The notes under the pieces were generated by a model. The model worked only from the letters and a program-made list of their open reading frames with translations. It was not told the origin of the DNA and made no database searches. Shown piece after piece: positions 8,894 through 16,623 of a stretch of DNA of 52,326 bases; positions within the stretch are counted from its first letter, which is position 1; each line of letters begins with the position of its first letter. The translations under genes were made by a program, and so were the position numbers. Origin of the DNA: a virus (lineage: Duplodnaviria; Caudoviricetes); IMG/VR virus record IMGVR_UViG_3300029317_000050, positions 1-52,326 of that record; one strand, written 5' to 3'.

Positions 8894-10346
8894 AATTGTC
8901 TCCTGATAAGGTAACGATATTGGTATTAATGGCTCGAGAGGTGATGATAGGTGCTTGTTTATCTGCTGTCATTGTCTTTATGGGAATTGATATATTAATG
9001 GTTGTACCAACATTTTCGGTTGATTCTATATCTATTTCGCCACGAAGAAGCCCTACAAATTTCTTGACCATAGATAGTCCCATCCCTAATTTTGCCGCCT
9101 GAGAGTCGTCAAAAATATGTTTGTGTTCGTTTTCTCTGAACCCTGCGCCTGTATCATTGAGGCAGAAAGAGAGCCGGGTTCTCGTTGCTTTCCAGCTTAA
9201 GGCTATAGTTCCTGCTGTTGTGTTGTCAAAAGAATTGTCGAGTACACATGAAAGCACCTTGTAGAGCTTTTCCTCGTCTGTGATTGCTAGTAAGTCGCCA
9301 AGGCTGCTGTTTTCATCCGCCGAAACTTCAAATCTCAAGCGTGGAGTGTGCTTTTGGCTATAGATCGCATCAATTTTATTAATCAATTCGTTGGGATAAA
9401 ACGCATTTTCTTGGTATACGTGGTGGTCTTGTTCCAGCCCTTCAAAATCTATCAATTGATCTAATTGGGCGTTGATTGTTTTAGCCTCATTTTCAACGAG
9501 AGAAATCATGCCTTCAATTTCGGGGGGTATTTCATACTCCCTTAACTGGGGTTTTATGATATCGAGAAGCCCTGTTATAGTTTTAGTTCTGCTCTTTAAG
9601 TCCGTGGAAACGGAGTCCATAAGGCGTTTTTTCTGAGCTTGTAATAGCTCTTTGTCTGCGGTCTGCTTCGAGTGAATAGACCAAAGGCGGAAAAGCTCTT
9701 GTTCTATTTTATCGAATTCATGGATACCAATTCCATCAATGGGTTCGGGTTGAGCGCCGCTTGTTATACTAGTCAGTGTTTTCTCAGTTTTTCGAATAAA
9801 CTGGGCTGTTTTTCGATTTAGCCAAACAATGGCAATCAAAACTAGAAGGATTGCTATTGCAAATATAGCAATATGTGAACCTATGGCGTTGTTGATTTTC
9901 TCTTGAGTGTAGTGGTTAGATAACGTTAAATTTATGCTTCCCAATATGACCTCTGAATCGTCGTCCAAATCAAATATGTTTGGCCTTCGATCTTTTAGCA
10001 AGAACTCTGGTTGTGGCGAGATTCCGTGATTTGTAGGTATAGTTTTGTCATATATTGATGCAACAACGTCCTGCTCTGAGTCTTTTATCTCAATATGGTA
10101 AATCAAATTGTTGTTTTCTATTACTTCTGTTGCCATTTGTCGGATTGTGGCGCGATGACCCGTAGCCAACGCGAACATAAAGGACCTTTCAAGACCACTA
10201 ACCAATTGAACGGTCTGCCGCTCAAAATCAGCGTATGCAGCCTCTGAAAATTGGCGGTATGAGTAATATTGCGATGACGCCAATATCGTTGTTATCGATA
10301 CAAATAACAATATAGATAGGGAGCGCAGAGTATTAATTTTGATCAT
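8883..10346 (-). CDS. Membrane sensor histidine-kinase-like protein lacking the phospho-acceptor His
   Basis: Two TM helices around a periplasmic domain; HATPase boxes LDN, DTGAG, GMGL, GTT; H-box reads SVSTDLKS. Confidence 0.85.
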   Translation of the reverse strand: MIKINTLRSLSILLFVSITTILASSQYYSYRQFSEAAYADFERQTVQLVSGLERSFMFALATGHRATIRQMATEVIENNNLIYHIEIKDSEQDVVASIYDKTIPTNHGISPQPEFLLKDRRPNIFDLDDDSEVILGSINLTLSNHYTQEKINNAIGSHIAIFAIAILLVLIAIVWLNRKTAQFIRKTEKTLTSITSGAQPEPIDGIGIHEFDKIEQELFRLWSIHSKQTADKELLQAQKKRLMDSVSTDLKSRTKTITGLLDIIKPQLREYEIPPEIEGMISLVENEAKTINAQLDQLIDFEGLEQDHHVYQENAFYPNELINKIDAIYSQKHTPRLRFEVSADENSSLGDLLAITDEEKLYKVLSCVLDNSFDNTTAGTIALSWKATRTRLSFCLNDTGAGFRENEHKHIFDDSQAAKLGMGLSMVKKFVGLLRGEIDIESTENVGTTINISIPIKTMTADKQAPIITSRAINTNIVTLSGDNFEP

Positions 10347-11172
10347 CTTCGCCCCCTTTATTCTTAATTTCTAAGTTCATAAAGCTTGCGAGTCTGTTGT
10401 TTACCATTGTTTCGGTATTTGCAAAGTTGTGCTTTTTAACTGCGCTAATGTCTTTGTTTATTAGCGAGTTGGTAATATCGACCGTTTTTGAAATAATTGA
10501 ATTATGATTGGCTACTACGGTAAGAACTGCCCCTTTGGTTTGTAAAGCAGGGTTTGAACTGATTGCTGCAACCTTGTTCCTAAAAAGGGATTCCAATACA
10601 TATAGTATGTTTTTTCTATTAAATATCTCTCGGTTCTCTGTGATGTAGAGAGCATCAAGGGGTCCAGTGTTAAAAATGAACCTAAAAGTTTTAAATATAT
10701 CGTCGGAAACAAGCTTTTGTTCGGTAAGCTTTATATCGGTGGCTCTAAGGCGCGTTAGGTAAGGTTCATTAGTGTCTGCAAAAATATAACCTATCCGACT
10801 GCTCGGGAACTTCTTTTCAATTTCTAAGGCTAACTCATTGGGGTTAGGGTCTGAATATACAGCGTATTTTTCGCTTTGATTTTTCTGTGTATTGAATGAG
10901 TTGTAGCTTACAAATGAGGCAACGTGCGGCTTGGTGCTGTTTTCAAGCTCGTTGAATGCTTTGTTGCCAAGAGTTATAACAACTTTATATGTGCTTTCAT
11001 CGGGGGGAGATGTGACAATTTCACTGCTGTCTATTTGCTTTGATAGGTTTTCTGCAATTTGCAATGCAGATGAGTTGTCTTGGGTAAAGATTACAACGTC
11101 AGCTCCCCAAGAGGCTTGGGAAAAAAGAACAAACGAAAGGAAAAAAAGTACTAATTTCCGAGACATGCCCAT
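10333..11172 (-). CDS. Periplasmic ABC-substrate-binding-like (YfiR-like) protein
   Basis: Signal peptide ending ASWG-A; VVITLGNKAF and LESLFRNKVAAISSNPALQTKGA segments; overlaps the kinase start. Confidence 0.65.
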   Translation of the reverse strand: MGMSRKLVLFFLSFVLFSQASWGADVVIFTQDNSSALQIAENLSKQIDSSEIVTSPPDESTYKVVITLGNKAFNELENSTKPHVASFVSYNSFNTQKNQSEKYAVYSDPNPNELALEIEKKFPSSRIGYIFADTNEPYLTRLRATDIKLTEQKLVSDDIFKTFRFIFNTGPLDALYITENREIFNRKNILYVLESLFRNKVAAISSNPALQTKGAVLTVVANHNSIISKTVDITNSLINKDISAVKKHNFANTETMVNNRLASFMNLEIKNKGGEDDQN

Positions 11173-11184
11173 GTGTTTCGCATG

Positions 11185-11730
11185 TTATAAGGTGCCTAGT
11201 TTTGCTAATTGCAATAGTGCCTTCATGGCTTCTTTCATTTCCGGGGACTCAATGGCAAATTTCTTTTCGATATGTATTTTAATTATTTCCGAAAAAGCGG
11301 CTTCAAGCTGTCTTTTGTTTAGTTCAGAGAATGCATCGATACCAATATCATTACCCGCTTTTGATATCGCTATATAAATTTTACCTTCAGTTGCTGCGTC
11401 TATTTGCTTCTTTTCAATTGTGTTGTCATTTGGCATTGGCAAACTGTCACCATTGAGCAAGTACGATTCAATATCATATTTTGAAACAGTACTCCCTTTT
11501 TTTCGGTGAGCTTCCTTGTATATGCTGTCGAGAAGTAGGGCAAAGCTATCTGGCTTTGGGGGTTTGTCATTCTCTAAGCTTTTCCGGATACCTGGTGACG
11601 TAAGCCCAGACCACGTGGCGAGTATGGGCATTCTGCCGCGCTCCTTTAGCCCGAGTTTATCTAGAAGGGCATGGAGGCGCCCAGTGAACCCGGCTGTACA
11701 GATTACAGTTGAGAGTTTAACAGCGCTCAT
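11185..11730 (-). CDS. XRE/phage-repressor-like HTH transcription factor
   Basis: FTGRLHALLDKLGLKERGRMPILATWSGLTSPGIRKSLENDKPP resembles phage repressor N-terminal HTH domains. Confidence 0.65.
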   Translation of the reverse strand: MSAVKLSTVICTAGFTGRLHALLDKLGLKERGRMPILATWSGLTSPGIRKSLENDKPPKPDSFALLLDSIYKEAHRKKGSTVSKYDIESYLLNGDSLPMPNDNTIEKKQIDAATEGKIYIAISKAGNDIGIDAFSELNKRQLEAAFSEIIKIHIEKKFAIESPEMKEAMKALLQLAKLGTL

Positions 11731-11809
11731 TGTAACGGGTCCCTAAGTAAACTTGGCATTGGCGTTCGGAATTTGTGAGGTCTTACAGAATAATAACGAA
11801 TTATGCACC

Positions 11810-11880
11810 AAATAGAAACATTTTAGGAAATTATTAGAATTTATTTAGAAACCAAATAGAAACTAAATAGAAACTAATAG
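11810..11880 (+). repeat. Array of 6-7 degenerate 11-bp direct repeats (consensus about AAATAGAAACT)
   Basis: TAG cores at 11813, 11824, 11835, 11846, 11857, 11868 (exact 11-bp phase), then 11878. Confidence 0.8.
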
Positions 11881-11909
11881 TTGATTTCACTAAATTGTCT
11901 GGCTATATT
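11881..11909 (+). promoter_or_regulatory. Putative sigma70 promoter for the small ORF
   Basis: TTGATT-N17-TATATT directly after the repeat array. Confidence 0.6.
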
Positions 11910-11954
11910 CGGATCCAGGGGGCAGTGACAACAACAGAACATAAGGAATTTTGA

Positions 11955-12137
11955 GTGGATTTTAATGAAGATGCTTACAAAGAAGTAGAAAGAGCTATTG
12001 CGCTATCAGAGGTAATGCAATTATTAGATCCAGCTGAAATGTCAAAGTTCATGCTGAGCGGTTATGGGGAGGCTATTGAGGCAACGCTGCGCTCAGCGCT
12101 TAACAATATGTTAAACGGTGGCCTTGGCAACTCTTAG
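11955..12137 (+). CDS. Small acidic helical protein (60 aa), candidate antirepressor
   Basis: AAGGA RBS, GTG start, own promoter; convergent with and overlapping the repressor 3' end. Confidence 0.55.
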   Translation: MDFNEDAYKEVERAIALSEVMQLLDPAEMSKFMLSGYGEAIEATLRSALNNMLNGGLGNS

Positions 12138-12665
12138 CATCATTTTTTGTTTTTTGGGTGAGCACTTGTGAAAAAGAGCAATAAACTCTTCTAAATCATC
12201 ATTCTTGGCTGGTGCTTTAGAAGGCACCTCCCCTTTGGGCCGACTGGAAGCCTTTGTTTTTTCGAGCGGGTGACTCACTAGTTTAGATAATATGCCCTCA
12301 CGCTGTTCGGTAGGTGCTTTTATAAAGTTGCTTACAAGAGTATCGAGCTCGTCACTTTCCAAAAAGTCCGGGTGCAAGTTTGGGATCAGCAATTGCCAGA
12401 CAGGCATATCAAAATAATGAGCAACACTTTCTATGTTACTTAGAGCAGGATTCGGCCTGTCTTCAAGGTTGCACCGTCTCATGTTGTTTAAGGTTCTTTG
12501 AGATGTGCCAATTTTTCTGGCGATCTGACCCTCGGTAGCCACCGGGCCGCCGCGCGTTGATTTTGAAATCAAAAAATCCAGATGCGTCGCGAGCGTTTCT
12601 TTTGCCGACTTCTTTCTTCTTTTACGGGCCATTTCTAATTCGCTTTCATCTATGTGGTCGTTCAT
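12111..12665 (-). CDS. CI-like repressor (XRE HTH, no S24 peptidase domain)
   Basis: TEGQIARKIGTSQRTLNNM...NPALSNIESVAHYFDMPVWQLL; divergent from a cro-like gene across operators; alternative start at 12632. Confidence 0.85.
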   Translation of the reverse strand: MNDHIDESELEMARKRRKKSAKETLATHLDFLISKSTRGGPVATEGQIARKIGTSQRTLNNMRRCNLEDRPNPALSNIESVAHYFDMPVWQLLIPNLHPDFLESDELDTLVSNFIKAPTEQREGILSKLVSHPLEKTKASSRPKGEVPSKAPAKNDDLEEFIALFHKCSPKKQKMMLRVAKATV

Positions 12666-12694
12666 TTTTAATGCCCCATTATAATATGCTGCTA

Positions 12695-12798
12695 TAGCAA
12701 TATGTTGCTTAATATATAATCTAATTATAGCAAAATATTGCTAATTTATAAACTTGCTGATAGCAACATCTTGCGATAGCAATATAATGCTATATACT
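12695..12798. promoter_or_regulatory. OR-like operator cluster (4 sites) with putative PR
   Basis: TAGCAATATGTTGCTT 12695, TAGCAAAATATTGCTA 12728, TAGCAACATCTTGCGA 12761, TAGCAATATAATGCTA 12777; TTGCGA-N16-TATACT. Confidence 0.85.
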
Positions 12799-12804
12799 GG
12801 CAAA

Positions 12805-13065
12805 ATGAATCTATTAAACGAAACAAATCGCCTTCTAAGTAAATACAAATACTCCGACTGCAAGCGCATATCGATCGCAAGCGATGTCAATTTTCATTGG
12901 CTTGCAACTTTCCGCAAAGGGGGCATAGCCGAACCCGGAGTGCAAAAAGTTCAAAAGCTTCATGACGCTCTTTTGTTAATGGAACCTAAGCCAAGCCCCG
13001 CCAACGATTCAAGAATACCTCTCTCCACAGAAAGCGCACCACTTAACGTAAGGGAAGGAAAATGA
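12805..13065 (+). CDS. Cro-like HTH protein
   Basis: RISIASDVNFHWLATFRKGGIAEPGVQKVQKL; first rightward gene after the operators. Confidence 0.75.
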   Translation: MNLLNETNRLLSKYKYSDCKRISIASDVNFHWLATFRKGGIAEPGVQKVQKLHDALLLMEPKPSPANDSRIPLSTESAPLNVREGK

Positions 13066-13502
13066 ACGCACTAATAAAAGAGCTAATTGCTTGTGGTGAT
13101 TATGCTGCAGCGCATGAAAAAGCTGTCGAGGAGTACCGAAAAATCAAGCACGCAACTATTGCTGGTTGGTTTGAAGAGCATGGCTTGCCAGCGAGAAGCA
13201 TCAACCATGAGATTGCACGAATCTCCTCGTGCCTGAATCCCAATAAGAAAGAATATTTCAAACCTATCGAATGGCAGATCATTCAAAAGGAATCAGGCAA
13301 TTACACGCTGTATGAGGCTGAGTCTCAATTCTATGGCTTTGCTCGCCCTGCAGAGCTAGAGGCGCGCGAACAGCAGGAAGCTCTATTGAAAAGAAAGGAA
13401 GCGCTTGAGGCTGAACTGAACATGACTAATGCAATGTTGGGCGGGAAAATTCAACCTACGCAATCCTTGCACCTTTATTCAACCAAAAACAAACACGCAT
13501 AA
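13062..13502 (+). CDS. CII-like phage regulatory protein
   Basis: Position after cro; ISSCLNPNKKEYFKP segment resembles phage CII-family regulators. Confidence 0.5.
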   Translation: MNALIKELIACGDYAAAHEKAVEEYRKIKHATIAGWFEEHGLPARSINHEIARISSCLNPNKKEYFKPIEWQIIQKESGNYTLYEAESQFYGFARPAELEAREQQEALLKRKEALEAELNMTNAMLGGKIQPTQSLHLYSTKNKHA

Positions 13503-13540
13503 AAAAGCCCGCGAACTTTATCAGAGAGAGCGGGCTTTTT
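13501..13540 (+). terminator. Intrinsic terminator (possibly bidirectional)
   Basis: AAAAAAGCCCGC...GCGGGCTTTTT. Confidence 0.7.
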
Positions 13541-13567
13541 CATTTGTACATCACGGGGATTATATTA

Positions 13568-14500
13568 ATGGCAAGATCGAGAAATATCAAGCATACATTT
13601 TTTAAAGATGATGAGTTGGCTGAATTACCTTTCGAGAATCGTCTTTATTTTATCGGGCTTTGGACGCAGGCAGATTGTAAAGGGCGTATCGAGTACCGAC
13701 CAAAACGGATAAAGGCAGAGATATTCCCGTATGACGACGGAATTAATATTGATGAGCTTACAGTTAATCTGTCCAAGTACCGATTTATTCGGATTTATTC
13801 GGTACAAGGACGACGTTACATTGAAATAGCTAATTTCCTCAAACATCAGAACCCACACAAGAATGAGAGAGATAAAGGTTCGGCTATCCCACCTCCAGAA
13901 GAGGGTGTTGCTGTAGACCTTACAAATAAAGGGCTGCAGAAAAGTACCGAATCAATCGGTACCGGAACCGATTTAATCGGTAGTGCTCCTGCTGATTCCT
14001 GTTTCCTGAATCCTGAATCCTGTTCCCTGAATCCTGATTCGTCGGGACAAACTCAAGAACAAAATAAATCGGTCGAGAGTTTTCAAAGCGAAGCGCCGTC
14101 AGTGGAGCCGCCAGAAATTCAACTAGATATTCTCACAGGGGATCCTGAAGTACTTTCTGAAACTCAGCTGACCGACTTAGCTTGCATCAAAGTTATTGAC
14201 CACCTCAACGAAAAAGCTGGTAAGAATTTCACATACGCTGACTCGCACAAAGAACACATCAAGGCCAGGCTCAATGAAGGCCACACCTTGGAGAAGGTCC
14301 TTCAAGTAATTGACCTCAAGGTTGATGATTGGCTGAATGACAAGGAGTACAACAGGTTCCTGCAACCGGGAACCCTGTTTAACGGCAAGAAATTTAATAA
14401 CTACGTTGGCCAAGTAGGTTGTAAGCCAGCACCGAAGAAAACTGAATTCCCTGTTCACAATCAAGCGAAGTCTGCTAGAGCGGGGTTTGCTAATGCTTAA
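13568..14500 (+). CDS. Phage replication initiator
   Basis: MARSRNIKHTFF...RLYFIGLWTQADCKGR N-terminus; C-terminal VIDHLNEKAGKNF...FLQPGTLFNGKKFNNY domain; followed by a DnaC-like gene. Confidence 0.85.
   Translation: MARSRNIKHTFFKDDELAELPFENRLYFIGLWTQADCKGRIEYRPKRIKAEIFPYDDGINIDELTVNLSKYRFIRIYSVQGRRYIEIANFLKHQNPHKNERDKGSAIPPPEEGVAVDLTNKGLQKSTESIGTGTDLIGSAPADSCFLNPESCSLNPDSSGQTQEQNKSVESFQSEAPSVEPPEIQLDILTGDPEVLSETQLTDLACIKVIDHLNEKAGKNFTYADSHKEHIKARLNEGHTLEKVLQVIDLKVDDWLNDKEYNRFLQPGTLFNGKKFNNYVGQVGCKPAPKKTEFPVHNQAKSARAGFANA
13944..14039. repeat. Putative origin iterons inside the initiator gene
   Basis: Two 19-bp near-palindromes GTACCGAATCAATCGGTAC (13944) and GAACCGATTTAATCGGTAG (13965), then 7 tandem CCTGWWY-type heptamers (13991-14039). 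Confidence 0.6.
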
Positions 14501-15305
14501 GCCCGTCAAGGTCATCGATGCTTATTGCGAAAAGCACGACAAAAAATACAAAGCGAATGTTTATCACGTTTTTAATCACGAGAGCGTGCAGCCTTGCCCT
14601 CGTTGCCATATCGAGAATACCCGAGCAATGGCCGTTGCATCACAAGTGGAACAGGCTCGCATCGTAATTAGCGCCAGAGAAAAAAGGGAACGCGACGAAT
14701 GGCAAGCCAAGCAGCTTAAGACCAGCATCCCTGAGTTATATCAAACGCGTTTCTTTTCCAACTATCGGGTTGAATCCAAGGCTCAGCAGTCAGCTCTTGA
14801 TATTTGCAGAGAGTTTGCTGATAACTTTTCTGCTTACAGGCGATCTGGCGGGACTTTGGTTCTTGCTGGTACCCCTGGCACAGGCAAAACGCACCTCTCG
14901 TGCTCCATAGCCAATCAAATAATTCAGCAAGACTATACCGCAGTGTTTATTACCGTTGTCGAGATGGTTAGAAAAATACATAGCACTTACGGAACTAGCG
15001 AAGGTGAGCAAGAAGTTATTGATAGGTTTTCTAATGTTGACTTTTTAATCCTTGATGAGGTTGGCAAACAATCTGGATCCCTTTCTGAGCAAAACCTCGT
15101 TTCAGAAGTGATTGCCAATCGCGTAAACCATCATCGCCCGAATGTTCTATTGTCGAATTTAGAGCTTGAAAAAATGAAGGAGACTCTTGGAGAGCGAGCC
15201 TGGGACAGGTTGACGGAAGGCAGATCAACACTTGTTGATTTTAATTGGGAGTCATACCGAAGCCGAGTTAGTGGCGATAAGAAACTACAGCAGAGGCCAG
15301 CATGA
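14493..15305 (+). CDS. DnaC/IstB-like AAA+ ATPase (helicase loader)
   Basis: Walker A GTPGTGKT, Walker B LILDEVG, LLSNL, GERAWDRL; N-terminal CEKH/CPRC. Confidence 0.92.
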   Translation: MLKPVKVIDAYCEKHDKKYKANVYHVFNHESVQPCPRCHIENTRAMAVASQVEQARIVISAREKRERDEWQAKQLKTSIPELYQTRFFSNYRVESKAQQSALDICREFADNFSAYRRSGGTLVLAGTPGTGKTHLSCSIANQIIQQDYTAVFITVVEMVRKIHSTYGTSEGEQEVIDRFSNVDFLILDEVGKQSGSLSEQNLVSEVIANRVNHHRPNVLLSNLELEKMKETLGERAWDRLTEGRSTLVDFNWESYRSRVSGDKKLQQRPA

Positions 15306-15646
15306 ATACTAAAAAACCAACACTCTTTAGCTCCAGTGAGCAGCATCGCCGCGAATGCGAAGTGCGTTACTACATGAAAAAAATGGGATCCAACGCAATC
15401 GTTGCATGGGCATTAAAAAAGGGTGATGCCTACTGCAGCACTCTTGCAAGTGAATTACTGAAAATTACCAACCTGACAGAACTGGAACGTCGCGTCAGAG
15501 CATTAAAAAGCACGGATCATCGGCTGAAATTCAATTCTTGGTTAGAGGTGGCGAAAGTTGAGCAAGCAAGGCAGAGAGAAGATAAGCGACTTCGTGGTGG
15601 ACATGGCATTGCAAATCTACCTGCAGCGCGGGGTTCGTTGGCGTGA
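15302..15646 (+). CDS. Phage hypothetical protein
   Basis: ATGA overlap with the upstream gene; SEQHRRECEVRY motif. Confidence 0.65.
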   Translation: MNTKKPTLFSSSEQHRRECEVRYYMKKMGSNAIVAWALKKGDAYCSTLASELLKITNLTELERRVRALKSTDHRLKFNSWLEVAKVEQARQREDKRLRGGHGIANLPAARGSLA

Positions 15647-15938
15647 TGTTGTTGAAGCGTTGGAAGAGCGTGGGTTTATATATTCGCGTAGAGGTCTGGT
15701 TAATGCGATTAATGAGCGCGGCTTGCTTCATGTTCCTGACGGTCATGATCGTTGCGGCCATTGCAAATCTGTTTTTCCTGTTGAGTGCGAAAGCAGCAAG
15801 AAGCGTGGCGCTTTTTGCTTATGTCCAGAATGCAAAGCAGAGGGCCAGGTACTCCCGCAGCATTCAAAGAAGTCACTCGCACAAGGTCAACGCGGACCAA
15901 AACCAAAGTGGTCAAGACATGGGAGCTTTTACGCATGA
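15558..15938 (+). CDS. Putative HTH plus C4 zinc-finger protein
   Basis: GAGGTG RBS before TTG; CGHC...CPEC; stop overlaps the next ATG. Confidence 0.55.
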   Translation: MSKQGREKISDFVVDMALQIYLQRGVRWRDVVEALEERGFIYSRRGLVNAINERGLLHVPDGHDRCGHCKSVFPVECESSKKRGAFCLCPECKAEGQVLPQHSKKSLAQGQRGPKPKWSRHGSFYA

Positions 15939-16312
15939 ATAAAGTTCACTTATCTCAATGGTGGGATTTAACTGACGAAGAGAAGCAAGACATCGTTAGC
16001 GATGTAGTGCGACCTCACGAAGGGGTTTGGTATGCAGGGTTTTCATCCATGCTCAAAGCAAACCTGCATTTGTTGGATAACTACCTCAAGAAAACTGAAG
16101 AAGAGCGCTTGAGTGGTGTCGCTTGTGTTGGGTCCAAGTACATCGTTGAAGAAATGCGACGTGAAGGGCTCAAAGATACTCGCGACAAGCGATTGTTCAA
16201 TATCAACAACAACTACACAGCCGATATGGCACGCCTTGCAATGCTGTTATTTCCGGTGGAGCTCAAGGGATTCTTTAGGGTGCGGACGTTGAAGAGAGGG
16301 TTTCGAGCGTGA
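15935..16312 (+). CDS. Phage hypothetical protein
   Basis: GGAG RBS, ATGA coupling; FNINNNYTADMARL...FFRVR motif. Confidence 0.7.
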   Translation: MNKVHLSQWWDLTDEEKQDIVSDVVRPHEGVWYAGFSSMLKANLHLLDNYLKKTEEERLSGVACVGSKYIVEEMRREGLKDTRDKRLFNINNNYTADMARLAMLLFPVELKGFFRVRTLKRGFRA

Positions 16313-16623
16313 AAGAAACAGACAAGATTGAATTGCCCGATAAAAAATTCGCGTACCCGGTAGAGCTTGTTGATGACGAAATCAAAAGCCTGGAAGGAAG
16401 GATCGGGGAGTTGGAAGACTTTGAGGATGAAGCTATGGAACTCCGGTTTGAATTGGAATGCATGGAGGATCATAAAGGCCAATCTGATAAAAAGACAGGG
16501 ATTCTCAAAGCTGCACTGGAGGTACTTCGCCAAGCACCAAAAGATCAAGAGGTTAGCTATAACGGGTTAATTACAGATGTTAGTGGTTTTATCTCCGAGA
16601 TTGAATGGGAGACAAAGGAATGA
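16309..16623 (+). CDS. Hypothetical coiled-coil protein
   Basis: GTGA coupling to the upstream gene, acidic helix. Confidence 0.65.
   Translation: MKETDKIELPDKKFAYPVELVDDEIKSLEGRIGELEDFEDEAMELRFELECMEDHKGQSDKKTGILKAALEVLRQAPKDQEVSYNGLITDVSGFISEIEWETKE

Noticed and set aside
11694-11708. LexA box CTGTACAGATTACAG
   Set aside because: Spacing is CTG-N9-CAG rather than N10, and it lies inside a coding sequence
11810-11880. CRISPR or mini-array interpretation of the repeats
   Set aside because: Units are 11 bp, tandem, without spacers; no cas genes in the window
15643-15942. 99-aa ORF overlapping the zinc-finger ORF
   Set aside because: Despite GTGA coupling it has no clear RBS; the 15558-15938 frame has an RBS, a motif and coupling to the next gene (not fully excluded)
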